From positions 3,721-67,720 of the forward strand of contig JAAAOB010000172.1 in assembly GCA_009909035.1 (NCBI GenBank): a DNA stretch of 64,000 nucleotides, given 5' to 3'. Of the stretch, positions 30,001 through 40,232 are shown in pieces; position 1 is the first letter of the stretch; each line of letters starts with the position of its first letter. The notes under the pieces were generated by a model that worked only from the letters and a program-made list of their open reading frames with translations, did not search any database and was not told the origin of the DNA. A program made the translations under genes and the position numbers. Origin of the DNA: Bacteroidota bacterium (lineage in GTDB: Bacteria; Bacteroidota; Rhodothermia; Balneolales; Balneolaceae).

Positions 30001-31881
30001 ATGTCTACCATTGTTGCATTCGAAACGCTCACGGAATTATTTCTGAATCTCGTAACAAAATACGAAAATTCTGATAAAACGGCGTTCGCTTACAAACCCT
30101 CACCGCAAGAGGGATACAAGCCGGTTACATGGAGCAACACGTATGAAGACGTGGTTTCCGTGGCAAGCTACATGCTTGAACAGAATGTTGAGAAGGGTGA
30201 GCGCGTAGCAATACTGAGTGAAAACAGGTATGAGTGGGCGGTAGTAGACCTGGCAATACAGATGATTGGCGCCATAAATGTATCGTTATATACAACACTT
30301 CCGGCTGCCCAGTGCGAATACATCCTGCAAAATTCCGAAGCAAGGATATTTTTTGTATCAACCGGGATACAGCTGAAAAAAGCGGTTGAAGTTTTCGATA
30401 ACTGCGATGCGCTGAAGCAGGTCATTGCTTTTGATGAACCAAAAGTACAGGACTACATAAAACATGAGTATGTAAAACTTTTCGACACCATATGCACGGC
30501 GGGTTCCAAGGCAGAGCCGCAGCAAAAAAACAGGCTTAAACAGCGCATAAAAGGAATTAAACCAGAAGATGTTGCAACCCTGATATACACCTCCGGAACA
30601 ACGGGCAAACCGAAGGGGGCAATGCTCACACAGCGGAATATTGTCAGTAATGTAAAATCGGCTCACGAAGCAATTACAATCGGAGAGACCGACCGGTGCT
30701 TATCGTTTCTGCCGCTCTGCCACTCGTTTGAAAGAACCGGTGGCTACTACGCTATGATGGCCGGCGGTGCCGAGATTTACTACTCCGAAAGTGTAGATAC
30801 TGTAGCCCGCAATATGCTGGAAGCCAAGCCAACAATTGTGGTGAGCGTGCCGCGCCTGTTTGAAAAAATCTATAATCTCGTCACGAAAAATGTGGAGGAA
30901 GGAAGCGCTATTCAGCAGTCTATTTTCAACTGGTCTTTAGCGGTGGGCGAAAAATATTGGCACGGTAAGCGCGGGTTTGTCTCGATTCAGAAAGCCATTG
31001 CCGATAAGCTGGTCTTTAGCAAGCTGAGGGAGCGAACCGGTGGCAATATTCGATTTTTTGTGTCCGGAGGGGCAGCGCTTCCGGCTGAAATCGGGACCTT
31101 TTTCATGTCAGCAGGTTTAAATATCCTGGAAGGGTACGGACTCACGGAAACCTCGCCCGTCATGTGCTGCAATCGATACGGAGATGAGAGGATGGGCACG
31201 GTGGGCAAAGTCATCAATGGAGTTACAGTGGGAATTCAGCGGCTGGACGATAATAAGATTGTAGCGCAGCTCAGCGGAGAAGATTACCCATCGGACCTGA
31301 CATCAGAAGCCGGCGAGATTCTGAATCGCGGCCCGAATACCATGAAAGGATACTGGAAGAATGCAGAAGCCACGAAAGAGATGATTGACGAGGATGGATG
31401 GCTGCACACCGGCGATGTTGGACGATTTGTGGACGGAAGACTGCAGATCACCGATCGAATAAAGCATATGATTGTCAATGCCGGCGGCAAAAATATCTAT
31501 CCGGGACCAATTGAAGATCTTTTTAAAACTAGTAAATGGATTGATCAGCTGGTGGTGGTTGGTGAAAAGCAGGCGTATATGGCAGCTTTGATTGTGCCGA
31601 ATTTTGAATCACTGGAAAGTCATGCCAATCAAAATGATGTTCAGTATGATGATATGGAGGGACTTCTGAAGAATGAATCCATCATCAACCTATACAGCAA
31701 AGAGGTGCGATCATTCTCGAAAGAGCTGGCTTCTCATGAAAAGATTCGTGATTTCAGACTGTTGCCTGAAGAATTTTCCGTGGAAACTGGTGAACTCACC
31801 CCAACATTAAAAGTTAAACGGCGCGTCATTGAGGAGAAGTACAACCATCTGATTGACGATATCTTTTCTGAGAGCAATTAA
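30001..31881 (+). CDS. Long-chain fatty acid--CoA ligase
   Basis: IYTSGTTGKPKG, SFLPLCHSFER, EGYGLTETSP and GWLHTGD. Confidence 0.92.
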   Translation: MSTIVAFETLTELFLNLVTKYENSDKTAFAYKPSPQEGYKPVTWSNTYEDVVSVASYMLEQNVEKGERVAILSENRYEWAVVDLAIQMIGAINVSLYTTLPAAQCEYILQNSEARIFFVSTGIQLKKAVEVFDNCDALKQVIAFDEPKVQDYIKHEYVKLFDTICTAGSKAEPQQKNRLKQRIKGIKPEDVATLIYTSGTTGKPKGAMLTQRNIVSNVKSAHEAITIGETDRCLSFLPLCHSFERTGGYYAMMAGGAEIYYSESVDTVARNMLEAKPTIVVSVPRLFEKIYNLVTKNVEEGSAIQQSIFNWSLAVGEKYWHGKRGFVSIQKAIADKLVFSKLRERTGGNIRFFVSGGAALPAEIGTFFMSAGLNILEGYGLTETSPVMCCNRYGDERMGTVGKVINGVTVGIQRLDDNKIVAQLSGEDYPSDLTSEAGEILNRGPNTMKGYWKNAEATKEMIDEDGWLHTGDVGRFVDGRLQITDRIKHMIVNAGGKNIYPGPIEDLFKTSKWIDQLVVVGEKQAYMAALIVPNFESLESHANQNDVQYDDMEGLLKNESIINLYSKEVRSFSKELASHEKIRDFRLLPEEFSVETGELTPTLKVKRRVIEEKYNHLIDDIFSESN

Positions 31882-31993
31882 CCAGCACTCTGTTTCGAAT
31901 ATTGATGCGTCAATTCCTTTTAGCAGAATCTGCAGGCTGGATATAGGGCTGGCTGATTCCGACACGAGGCCCGATGATCGGTTACGCCTCCGC

Positions 31994-32362
31994 CTACCTC
32001 TGTTTCCTGGCTTCGATAAAGGAGCGAATCCCCATCACAATAAAAAAGATGCAAATGAGAGCCATTACAGCCTGAGCGTACGCTGCCGCAGGCCGTTCCA
32101 GTGTGCCGCCACCCAGCACACCGATTACGCTAATCAGCCCGCCGAACGACCCTCCGAGACCGAGGATGGCAAGGAGAAGCGCGGCATGCATGGCATGTTT
32201 GCGCATCGACTCTTTCCTGGTTCCCAGCACGCCAAGGCCTGCAAAGACAATCCCAAAAAAGGCGGGAATAAGTGCGGTGACGCTTGCAGCGCCGGTAACG
32301 ACGTAGGAGATTACGCCGAGCAGAATCATTAAAATACCAATCGATGTTGAAAGTTTAGACAC
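31994..32362 (-). CDS. Small four-TM membrane protein
   Basis: Hydrophobic 122-aa ORF with SVTALIPAFFG, RKHAMH and RSFIEAR. Confidence 0.7.
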   Translation of the reverse strand: MSKLSTSIGILMILLGVISYVVTGAASVTALIPAFFGIVFAGLGVLGTRKESMRKHAMHAALLLAILGLGGSFGGLISVIGVLGGGTLERPAAAYAQAVMALICIFFIVMGIRSFIEARKQR

Positions 32363-32380
32363 GGAAACGGTGTTTATAAA

Positions 32381-32839
32381 TTAAAGGTGGTTGTTAAGGT
32401 TCGATAAAAAGGAGTTCACCCGCCGCCGGTTGACGCCCAAATCGCTGTGACCGGTGCGGCTGCGGCTGGAAATATGCACAACGGATCCGGAATTCTGCTT
32501 TGGTTCTACAATAATTCTGAAGTCATCGTGGAACCCCATCAGCGGTATGCGAAATACGGCATTTCTTTGAAGGGATTGTGAATGTTGCTCAAGATCTTCA
32601 GCGCCCATCTCTTTCAGAAGGCGGGGTAAACTGTCGTAAACTGTACGGGAGTCTACGTTTAATTCTGTGGTTATTCGAACGCAGTTGGGCGAACCGGAAC
32701 AGGCGGGCAGCGGATTGGCAGCCGGCTGCAGCTCATCACTGAAATCAGCATTTGATGATCCTTTCAAAGGGCCTGCTACATTCAATAAAATAAGTGTGCC
32801 AATAATTAAAAGGCCCAGCAGTATCCGGGAAAATTTCAT
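32381..32839 (-). CDS. DUF1499 family protein
   Basis: C.GSPNCV, GFHDDF and SRSRTGHSDLGVNRRRV. Confidence 0.85.
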   Translation of the reverse strand: MKFSRILLGLLIIGTLILLNVAGPLKGSSNADFSDELQPAANPLPACSGSPNCVRITTELNVDSRTVYDSLPRLLKEMGAEDLEQHSQSLQRNAVFRIPLMGFHDDFRIIVEPKQNSGSVVHISSRSRTGHSDLGVNRRRVNSFLSNLNNHL

Positions 32840-32901
32840 AGAGGTTTTGTTCAGTTAATCCTGGTCCGAATTCAGAGAACAAAACCGGTGAGAAATGAAT
32901 T

Positions 32902-33450
32902 TCAGGGATTTCGAAAATCTTTTGAACAGATGTCAAGACAGATATCTACGGATGTAGCTTCCTGAAGAATATCGGTATTCTTTTTCCTTATGAAGCCGGC
33001 ATGTTCAGCCTGGTGTATCATAGACAAAAGCGGATCATAAAATCCGTCGATATTTAGAAGGGTGACCGGTTTTTGAATGATGCCGATCTGGTTCCAGGTG
33101 ATGATTTCGAAGAGCTCTTCCATCGTTCCAAATCCGCCGGGCATCGCCACAAATGCCGTTGCGAGTCCGGCCATTTTAGATTTCCGCTCGTGCATATCCT
33201 CTACGGTGATCAGTTCGGTGATGCCGGTGTGGGCCACCTCTTTGCTGAACAGGTTGCCGGGAATTACGCCGGTCACACGCCCGCCGTTTTCCATGACGGC
33301 ATTGGCCAGGATCCCCATCACTCCAAGCGATGATCCCCCGTAAACCAGTTCGATACCGCGCTCAGCAATTTTTTTACCAAACTCCTCGGCTGCATAGAGT
33401 ATTTTGGGATTATTACCCGGGGAGGAGCCACAATAGACGCAAATTTTCAT
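32902..33450 (-). CDS. LOG family nucleotide phosphoribohydrolase (TIGR00730)
   Basis: CVYCGSS, LVYGG, MHERK and PGGFGTMEE. Confidence 0.92.
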   Translation of the reverse strand: MKICVYCGSSPGNNPKILYAAEEFGKKIAERGIELVYGGSSLGVMGILANAVMENGGRVTGVIPGNLFSKEVAHTGITELITVEDMHERKSKMAGLATAFVAMPGGFGTMEELFEIITWNQIGIIQKPVTLLNIDGFYDPLLSMIHQAEHAGFIRKKNTDILQEATSVDICLDICSKDFRNP

Positions 33451-34625
33451 GAGGTAACGTTGGTCATGCGGTTCAGAACGTGGTCCAGTTTATCGAGAAA
33501 AAAATGGACCTGGTCCGCCGTGTTGTCTTTACCAAAGGAGACGCGAATACTGGAGTTGGCCAGTTTATCCGGCAGGCCGATGCCTTTGAGCACGTGAGAC
33601 GGCTCTACCGCCCCGGATGTACAGGCCGATCCGTTGGATACGCAGATGCCCTCAATATCCAGGTTTAGCAGAAGCATTTCGCCATCGAGGCCGCGCTCTC
33701 CATTAGATTTGAACGCAAGGTTGATGATGTGTGGCACGCCGCCATCCACAGGCCCGTTGATTTGATACCGGCCGCTAAAACGGCTGTTTAACCCGTTGAT
33801 AAGTTCATTTCTTAAATCCTGAAAATGGGTGTTGTGCTCCTTTTGATGGTCCACACAGTGCTTCAGCGCCTGGGCGAGTCCAACAATTCCCGCCACATTC
33901 GAGGTGCCGCCGCGCCGCCGGCGCTCTTGCGAGCCTCCCTGCAGCCAGGGCAGCCACGGGGTGCCGCTCTTTACATACAATACACCGATTCCTTTCGGGC
34001 CGTAAATTTTGTGGCCACTGATGCTGAGTAAATCTACCCCCAGCGTTTTCACATTCACGGGAAGTTTACCCACGCTTTGAACCGTATCGGAGTGAAACGG
34101 GACCTTCTTTTCGCGGCAGACGTTCGCAATGTCGTGAATGGGTAAAATAGTGCCGATTTCATTATTCACGTGCATCAGGCTGACCACGGCGGTATCCTCG
34201 GAAATGGCTTCTTTGACCTGTTGGGGAGTGATGGTTCCGTTGCTGTCCGGCTGAAGGTAGGTCACGTTGCAGCCTTTCATTTTCAGGCTCTCGGCCGGAT
34301 GGATCACCGCATGGTGCTCGATAGGTGACGTAATGATCTCCGTTTTCCGGGTTGCATTGACGACCCCTTTTATGGCGGCATTATCACTTTCTGTGCCCCC
34401 GCTGGTAAAAATAATTTCCGAGGGTTCAGCGCCAATGCATTCAGCAATCAGCTCTCGTGAATCCTCAATGGCTACTTTTGTAGACCTGCCATACTGGTGG
34501 GCAGAGTTGGCATTGCCAAACTGATTTTTGTAGAAGGGTAAAATCTTCTCAAGTACTCGCTCATCAACAGGAGTAGTGGCTGCATGATCAAAATATACAG
34601 GATCCATGGGTGTATCTTTTTTCAT
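33447..34625 (-). CDS. Cysteine desulfurase (IscS/NifS family)
   Basis: YFDHAATTP, FTSGGTESDN, PLP lysine in SGHKIYGPKG, and GSACTSG. Confidence 0.93.
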   Translation of the reverse strand: MKKDTPMDPVYFDHAATTPVDERVLEKILPFYKNQFGNANSAHQYGRSTKVAIEDSRELIAECIGAEPSEIIFTSGGTESDNAAIKGVVNATRKTEIITSPIEHHAVIHPAESLKMKGCNVTYLQPDSNGTITPQQVKEAISEDTAVVSLMHVNNEIGTILPIHDIANVCREKKVPFHSDTVQSVGKLPVNVKTLGVDLLSISGHKIYGPKGIGVLYVKSGTPWLPWLQGGSQERRRRGGTSNVAGIVGLAQALKHCVDHQKEHNTHFQDLRNELINGLNSRFSGRYQINGPVDGGVPHIINLAFKSNGERGLDGEMLLLNLDIEGICVSNGSACTSGAVEPSHVLKGIGLPDKLANSSIRVSFGKDNTADQVHFFLDKLDHVLNRMTNVTS

Positions 34626-34726
34626 TTTGGAAAAATATTGAAAATGTGAGTTAAAAACAGGTTTTCATAATGATCAAATCTGTAGTTCTGTATGTGAATC
34701 TATTTGTTTTGTCAGCATCAAAAACC

Positions 34727-34954
34727 AGAGCCAGCGGTGCGGCATATCGGTACCCTTGTATGGTGAGAAATCCATGGTTTTCCATTTGAATTATTCTCAC
34801 AGAGTTCCGCGGATGATATCGCTGAGTTTCGCGGATAACAAACCCAGCACCAGCGGTGCGGCATGTCCGTAGCCCGGGGCCGCTGGGAAGCGGAGGCCCC
34901 GGGTTGCCAAATGCGCACACAAAATGGAGCACCGTAGGTGCGGCATGTTCGTGA
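34727..34954 (+). repeat. Orphan REP-like palindromic repeat cluster (second family)
   Basis: Three direct copies of ...GGTGCGGCAT (34727, 34846, 34928), two of them GCACC-NNN-GGTGC hairpins, plus a GTAG-CCCGGGGCC...GGCCCCGGG hairpin at 34869-34903. Confidence 0.55.
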
Positions 34955-35291
34955 CCCAGCAATGCGACAAACTCATTGGTAGCTACAATCCGTTTTATTT
35001 GATGGGAGAGATTCTTTCGTAAGATTCTGTGATTGAATTCAGACTCCCCATGATGTCACCTCTGAACGGGACGGGTTTGTTTGCCTGGAAATACGAATCT
35101 AACGTCTGATTGATACCGCTTTTAAATCAGAGAACCGCCATTTTGCGGAACTTGAGGTACCAACAACTGTCTATTTGATATCTTTGTCGCAAAAAATCTA
35201 TAAATCAATCAAACGAGAAAGAATTTCCAATCAAAGACTACTTGCTGTATTTTGAGTAAGTGAAAATTCTTAATCAATAAACATTCACAAA

Positions 35292-36488
35292 ATGGCCAAA
35301 CAAACACTAAAGGACGTTGAGTTAAAAGGTAAAACCGTATTGATGAGAGTAGATTTCAACGTTCCGATTAAAGATGGAAAAATTGGAGATGATAACCGGA
35401 TTGTACAGGCGCTGGAATCGATCAATTACGTGGTGGAACGGGGAGCAAAACTCATCCTGACCAGCCACTTGGGACGGCCCGGGGGGGAACCATCCCCTGA
35501 GTTTAGCCTGAAACCGGTGGCCGATCACCTGGCAACGCTGGTGGATGTGCCCGTTCATTTTTCTGAGGACTGCATTGGCGAAACGGCGGAGAAAGTGATT
35601 AACGCAGCACAAGAGGGAGAGATTGTCCTTTTGGAAAATGTACGGTTCCACCCCGAAGAGAAACAGAATGATCCGAAATTCGCGATGAAGCTTGCCACTC
35701 ATGCCGATCTGTTTGTAAACGATGCTTTTGGAAGCAGCCACCGCGCCCATGCATCCGTGGCAGGCGTAACTGAATTTTTGCAGCCGTCGGTATCCGGTTT
35801 CCTGCTGGAAAAAGAGATCCGATACCTGGAAGAGAGCGTGAACAGCCCGAGCCGTCCGTTTGTAGCCATACTGGGCGGGGCCAAAGTATCCGACAAAATC
35901 GGTGTGATTGAAAACCTGATCTCCAAAGTCGATACCATTATCATCGGCGGCGGAATGACCTATACTTTTTACAAAGCGATGGGCCTGAATATCGGCAATT
36001 CTCTTGTGGAGGATGATAAGGTAGACCTGGCAAAAGAACTGATGGAGAAAGCCAAGGAGAAGGGAATTGATTTTATGCTCCCGATCGATTCGGTTGTAGC
36101 CAAAGAGTTTAACAATGACGCCGAACACAAAGTGGTGGACCAGGACGGAATTGAGGACGGCTGGATGGCCCTGGATATCGGCCCGCAATCGTCGATAGCG
36201 TTTAGCAATCGGATCAAAAATGCGCGTACAGTGCTCTGGAACGGGCCTATGGGAGTGTTCGAAATGGAGAACTTTGCGGACGGAACATTTACCGTGGCAG
36301 AAGCCCTGGCGGATGCCACAGCTCAAAACGGAGCCATCACAATTATCGGCGGCGGCGATTCGGCCTCAGCCATCAAAAAAGCAGGCCTGCAGGATAAAGT
36401 TTCTCACGTATCCACCGGCGGCGGGGCCAGCCTGGAGTACCTGGAAGGAAAAGAGCTGCCCGGCGTAGCGTCTTTGACCGACAAGTAA
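35292..36488 (+). CDS. pgk: Phosphoglycerate kinase
   Basis: RVDFNVP, SHLGRP, GGAKVSDK, WNGPMGVFE and HVSTGGGASLE. Confidence 0.98.
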   Translation: MAKQTLKDVELKGKTVLMRVDFNVPIKDGKIGDDNRIVQALESINYVVERGAKLILTSHLGRPGGEPSPEFSLKPVADHLATLVDVPVHFSEDCIGETAEKVINAAQEGEIVLLENVRFHPEEKQNDPKFAMKLATHADLFVNDAFGSSHRAHASVAGVTEFLQPSVSGFLLEKEIRYLEESVNSPSRPFVAILGGAKVSDKIGVIENLISKVDTIIIGGGMTYTFYKAMGLNIGNSLVEDDKVDLAKELMEKAKEKGIDFMLPIDSVVAKEFNNDAEHKVVDQDGIEDGWMALDIGPQSSIAFSNRIKNARTVLWNGPMGVFEMENFADGTFTVAEALADATAQNGAITIIGGGDSASAIKKAGLQDKVSHVSTGGGASLEYLEGKELPGVASLTDK

Positions 36489-36509
36489 ATCGAAGCTCCT
36501 GCTTCGATT
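36488..36509. terminator. Hairpin between convergent pgk and RDD genes
   Basis: Perfect inverted repeat AATCGAAGC-TCCT-GCTTCGATT. Confidence 0.55.
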
Positions 36510-36599
36510 ATTCCGGCCCGGGTACGGTGTTTCATTGATACGGCAAGCTTCAACCATCGCTTGCTGAAAATTCGTTTGGCGTGCGAAGCGGTGGGTGTG

Positions 36600-37355
36600 T
36601 TACTCTTCATTCTCAACCGTTCCGTAAATGGTATAATAATCCCGTACCACCGTTTTGAGATATTTTTCAGACGACATGGCGCTGTCTTCCGCACCGATTT
36701 TTTGTTCGATTACGTTCCTGGACCGGTCCATCAATTGTTGACGTGCAGAGGAGGAGTACTCATCCTGCGAGTTCAGCACCGTTCGAATCACGCGGATGTC
36801 GGCATCGCTGAGTTCACCGGCAGTTCCAAAAACAACCGGCCTGTTCGTATCGGTATTGTTAAATAAATTTTGATAGGACATGGGTGCGCTGAACTCACCC
36901 ACAACACACGTTTTTGCGGCTATGTCTCCCAGGCGCTGGCCTTTTCCGTTGATGAGGATGGTAAGTATCGCCAGCACGCCGCCGGTCGCCGAAATTTCGA
37001 TAAAGCGAAACAGCCACCGGATAATATAGTCGCCCGGAGCAGCACGCGTGCCATCCGGTTTTGTGACCCGAATACTGAGAATTTTTTTCCCGATTGTGCG
37101 GCCATTCCAAACGGTTTCCAGTAGTGGAAAATAGATAAAATAGGGCAGCATGATCATCAGCGTAGAAATCCAGCTTAAATTTGGGCTGTCTGTTAATTGA
37201 GTTGGCAGGATGCCACCCCATACCCACAGAAAAATAAAAATGTAGATACCGTACAGGGCCGCATCCACAGCCCAGGCCAGTAGCCTGTGAACCAGCGAGG
37301 CGGGTTGATACGCCAGGTTTACATGCGTTGATGTTTCTACATCAATACGATCCAT
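36600..37355 (-). CDS. RDD family membrane protein
   Basis: RLLAWAVD, GRTIGKK..IRV and QRLGDIAAKT. Confidence 0.9.
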   Translation of the reverse strand: MDRIDVETSTHVNLAYQPASLVHRLLAWAVDAALYGIYIFIFLWVWGGILPTQLTDSPNLSWISTLMIMLPYFIYFPLLETVWNGRTIGKKILSIRVTKPDGTRAAPGDYIIRWLFRFIEISATGGVLAILTILINGKGQRLGDIAAKTCVVGEFSAPMSYQNLFNNTDTNRPVVFGTAGELSDADIRVIRTVLNSQDEYSSSARQQLMDRSRNVIEQKIGAEDSAMSSEKYLKTVVRDYYTIYGTVENEE

Positions 37356-37531
37356 TGCACAATTTTTTCTTTTATCTGAGAAATCATTTACTATCTAAGC
37401 AAACATAATGATGAATATACAACTGTAACCAGATGGAAAAAACAGTCTGTGGTGAGCCGGCAATTTGGTACATTTCAGTTCATCAACATGTGACACCAGA
37501 TTTGAATCAGGAAAAATAACGCAGGCTGAAT

Positions 37532-38497
37532 GTGAGGGAAGTAACATTTGCAAAACAGAATGAGGAGCGATGGAAGACGTTCGAACAGGTGCTCAAGCAG
37601 CGTAAAGCGGTAAACCCGGATCGGCTTGCAGAGCTTTACACCGAACTATCGGATGATCTTGCGTATGCCCAGAGCCAATTTCCCGGTTCATCGACTGAAC
37701 GGTACCTGAACCGGCTGACGGTGGAGGTTCACGACACCATTCATCAAACCCGGAAAGAGCAGAGCGGGCGGATTGTCTCCTTCTGGCTGAGGGAACTGCC
37801 GTTAATCTACGGGCGAAGACAAAAAGAGCTGTTCTACTCGATGGTGGTGTTTATTCTGGCTATGAGCATTGGTTTTGTCAGCCAAAGTGGGGACCGTGAA
37901 TTTGCGCGGGCTATCCTTGGGGATTCCTACGTGAATATGACGATTACGAATATTGAAACCGGCGACCCACTCGCTGTTTACGGCAGCCATAGGCAGATGG
38001 ATATGTTTCTCGGCATAACGCTGAACAATATTCGTGTTTCATTTATCGCTTTTGTGTTCGGAATATTGACTGCAGTTGGAACGGGGTTTATCCTGTTTAA
38101 AAACGGAATTATGATTGGATCTTTCCTCGAGTTCTTTAACCAGTACAACCTGCTTGGAGAATCTCTTCGGGTGGTGTTTATACACGGCACGCTGGAGTTG
38201 TCGGCCATCATTATTGCAGGAGCAGCAGGATTTGTTCTGGGCAATAGTTTTCTGTTTCCCGGCACATACACACGCCTGGATTCTTTTATTTCGGGTTCCC
38301 GGGAGGGAGTGAAAATGATTGTGGGACTGATCCCGGTGTTTATTGCGGCCGGGTTCCTGGAATCGTTCGTCACACGGTATACGGGTATGCCCATACTGCT
38401 CAGCCTGGCCATTATTGGCAGTTCACTGCTATTCGTTGTCTGGTACTATATCGTCTACCCCCGACAGCAGATTAAAAAATTATCAACTAAATCCTGA
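37532..38497 (+). CDS. Stage II sporulation protein M (DUF95)-like membrane protein
   Basis: GTG start MREV.F...N..RW, NNIRV, HGTLEL and AGFLESFVT. Confidence 0.88.
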   Translation: MREVTFAKQNEERWKTFEQVLKQRKAVNPDRLAELYTELSDDLAYAQSQFPGSSTERYLNRLTVEVHDTIHQTRKEQSGRIVSFWLRELPLIYGRRQKELFYSMVVFILAMSIGFVSQSGDREFARAILGDSYVNMTITNIETGDPLAVYGSHRQMDMFLGITLNNIRVSFIAFVFGILTAVGTGFILFKNGIMIGSFLEFFNQYNLLGESLRVVFIHGTLELSAIIIAGAAGFVLGNSFLFPGTYTRLDSFISGSREGVKMIVGLIPVFIAAGFLESFVTRYTGMPILLSLAIIGSSLLFVVWYYIVYPRQQIKKLSTKS

Positions 38498-38501
38498 TTT
38501 T

Positions 38502-39428
38502 ATGCAGTCAGACCGCTTTATAATTCGAAAAACACGCGGTGTATTTGATGTGCTTGGAGACACGTTTATTTATATCCGGATCTACTGGAAGTCGCTGTTA
38601 AAAATGACGGCGTTCTACGTCCTTGGTCCGTTAGTAGCGGGATCTCTTCTATTTGCAATTGGTTTTGGCGATATCTTTAGCACAGGCTTCGCAAGCCCGG
38701 AAGATATTGAACAATCATTTGCATTTCAGTCATGGTCGATCGTATTCGGCGCATTCTTTTTTATGATTCTCTCCTACATTTTGCTGTATGGAGTTGTTTG
38801 CCAGCACCTGAAATTCGCCGGTAAAGGAGATGTACCGCTGGATATTTCTGCCTTCAGCAGCGGAATGTTTTCAAATCTATTGATGCTGATTTTTCTTTTT
38901 GCACTCATTTTCATGGGTCTGATTGCCTTCTTTACGTTCATCCCCGCCGTTCTCTTTTCAACTCTTTCACTTCAGACGGGAGTTATGACCATTTTTGTAG
39001 CTATGCTTCTTCTTTTTGCAGCTATAGTATTTGTCACGATCAGGCTGATGGTTTTCCCGGTTGCGTTGTTTGTGAAGGAATCGGCTGGATTCGAATCCCT
39101 TGGCATATCATGGAGGCTGACCCGCGGGTATTTTTGGCAGTCATTTGGAGTCTACATTCTGATTACGATCATATTTGGAATACTTTCACAGCTTATTAGT
39201 ACGCCGCTTCTATTGATTAATGTTATCCTGGGCGAAGGTGTGGGCGATGCGGGCGGTGCAATTATGGAGTTTGTTCGGACTGCATTTACAACGGTATCGT
39301 TCGTATTCCAAGTCCTGTTTTTTGGTGCTCAGTCTATAGCAATCGGTCTGCATTACTTTAATCTTGAAGAACGTAAAGAGGCGCATACGCTTGGAGATCA
39401 GGTTGATCGTCTTGCACACGAATCCTGA
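38502..39428 (+). CDS. Hypothetical multi-pass membrane protein of the MoxR cluster
   Basis: ATG at 38502 (MQSDRF), 4 nt after the upstream stop. Hydrophobic helices and C-terminal YFNLEERKE. Confidence 0.75.
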   Translation: MQSDRFIIRKTRGVFDVLGDTFIYIRIYWKSLLKMTAFYVLGPLVAGSLLFAIGFGDIFSTGFASPEDIEQSFAFQSWSIVFGAFFFMILSYILLYGVVCQHLKFAGKGDVPLDISAFSSGMFSNLLMLIFLFALIFMGLIAFFTFIPAVLFSTLSLQTGVMTIFVAMLLLFAAIVFVTIRLMVFPVALFVKESAGFESLGISWRLTRGYFWQSFGVYILITIIFGILSQLISTPLLLINVILGEGVGDAGGAIMEFVRTAFTTVSFVFQVLFFGAQSIAIGLHYFNLEERKEAHTLGDQVDRLAHES

Positions 39429-39437
39429 ATAATTGAT

Positions 39438-40232
39438 TTGACTCTGTACCAAACAAGCATATCAGCCATCTCACTCTTTATCCTGCTTTGCTGCACGGCT
39501 GTAGCGTTCAGCCAGCATCCGGCAGATACCGGCTCTCCTCAGCTTCGCTACGACAGCACCGCCGTGGAACAGCGTCTTCTTGAGCCGGATCGCCTAGAGC
39601 AGTATCGGGCTGACCCGGAGTTTGTATATGATGAAACTCCTGAAAAGTCCGTTTCGATTCTTGAAATGATAGGTCAGGAGATCTTCAGTTTACTCCGGCG
39701 CATAACAGGCAATGCAATCGGCGGCCCAGTCATCCGGGCAGTGTTTGTGATATTGATCCTGGGTGCTGTTGTGCTGTTGCTAAACCAACTGCTGAAGGGA
39801 AATATACGCGCTGCAATTACGGGGAATCGTGCATCGGACGTGGTCCGTTTCCAGGGGGATCCTACCAACGTTGAAGAACCCGATTTGGATCAACTCATCC
39901 ATGCGGCTGTTTCTGAGGGAAATTACCGCGAAGCGCTGCGGTTAACCTACCGGAAAGCTCTTGGAGACTTGAGCAGGGCCGGGTTGATTGAGTGGAGCTA
40001 CAGTAAGACAAATCAAGAGTACATTTATGAAACTGAGCCTCATCCGGCAGCGGGTCCACTCAGAGATTTGACGCGTATCTTCGATTACAGTGAGTATGGT
40101 GATTTTAGTATCGGCAGGGAAGGGTTTGCTGATGCCCAAAAGATGGTTAAACGATTACGTAAGCTGGTTGACCAGAATGGTGGTCTGCACGACGGTTTGA
40201 TAAGCGGAGGTGGTGATGAGCAAAAAAGATAA
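39438..40232 (+). CDS. DUF4129 domain protein
   Basis: GNYREALRL.Y...W...KTN.EY..E and FDYSEYGDF. Confidence 0.78.
   Translation: MTLYQTSISAISLFILLCCTAVAFSQHPADTGSPQLRYDSTAVEQRLLEPDRLEQYRADPEFVYDETPEKSVSILEMIGQEIFSLLRRITGNAIGGPVIRAVFVILILGAVVLLLNQLLKGNIRAAITGNRASDVVRFQGDPTNVEEPDLDQLIHAAVSEGNYREALRLTYRKALGDLSRAGLIEWSYSKTNQEYIYETEPHPAAGPLRDLTRIFDYSEYGDFSIGREGFADAQKMVKRLRKLVDQNGGLHDGLISGGGDEQKR

Noticed and set aside
31853-32332. 159-aa plus-strand ORF
   Set aside because: It is antisense to a convincing four-TM membrane protein gene.
35322-36326. 334-aa antisense ORF (similar ones at 54487-55251, 21092-21736 and 216-836)
   Set aside because: These are shadow frames opposite well-conserved genes (pgk, mnmA, miaB, GH30).
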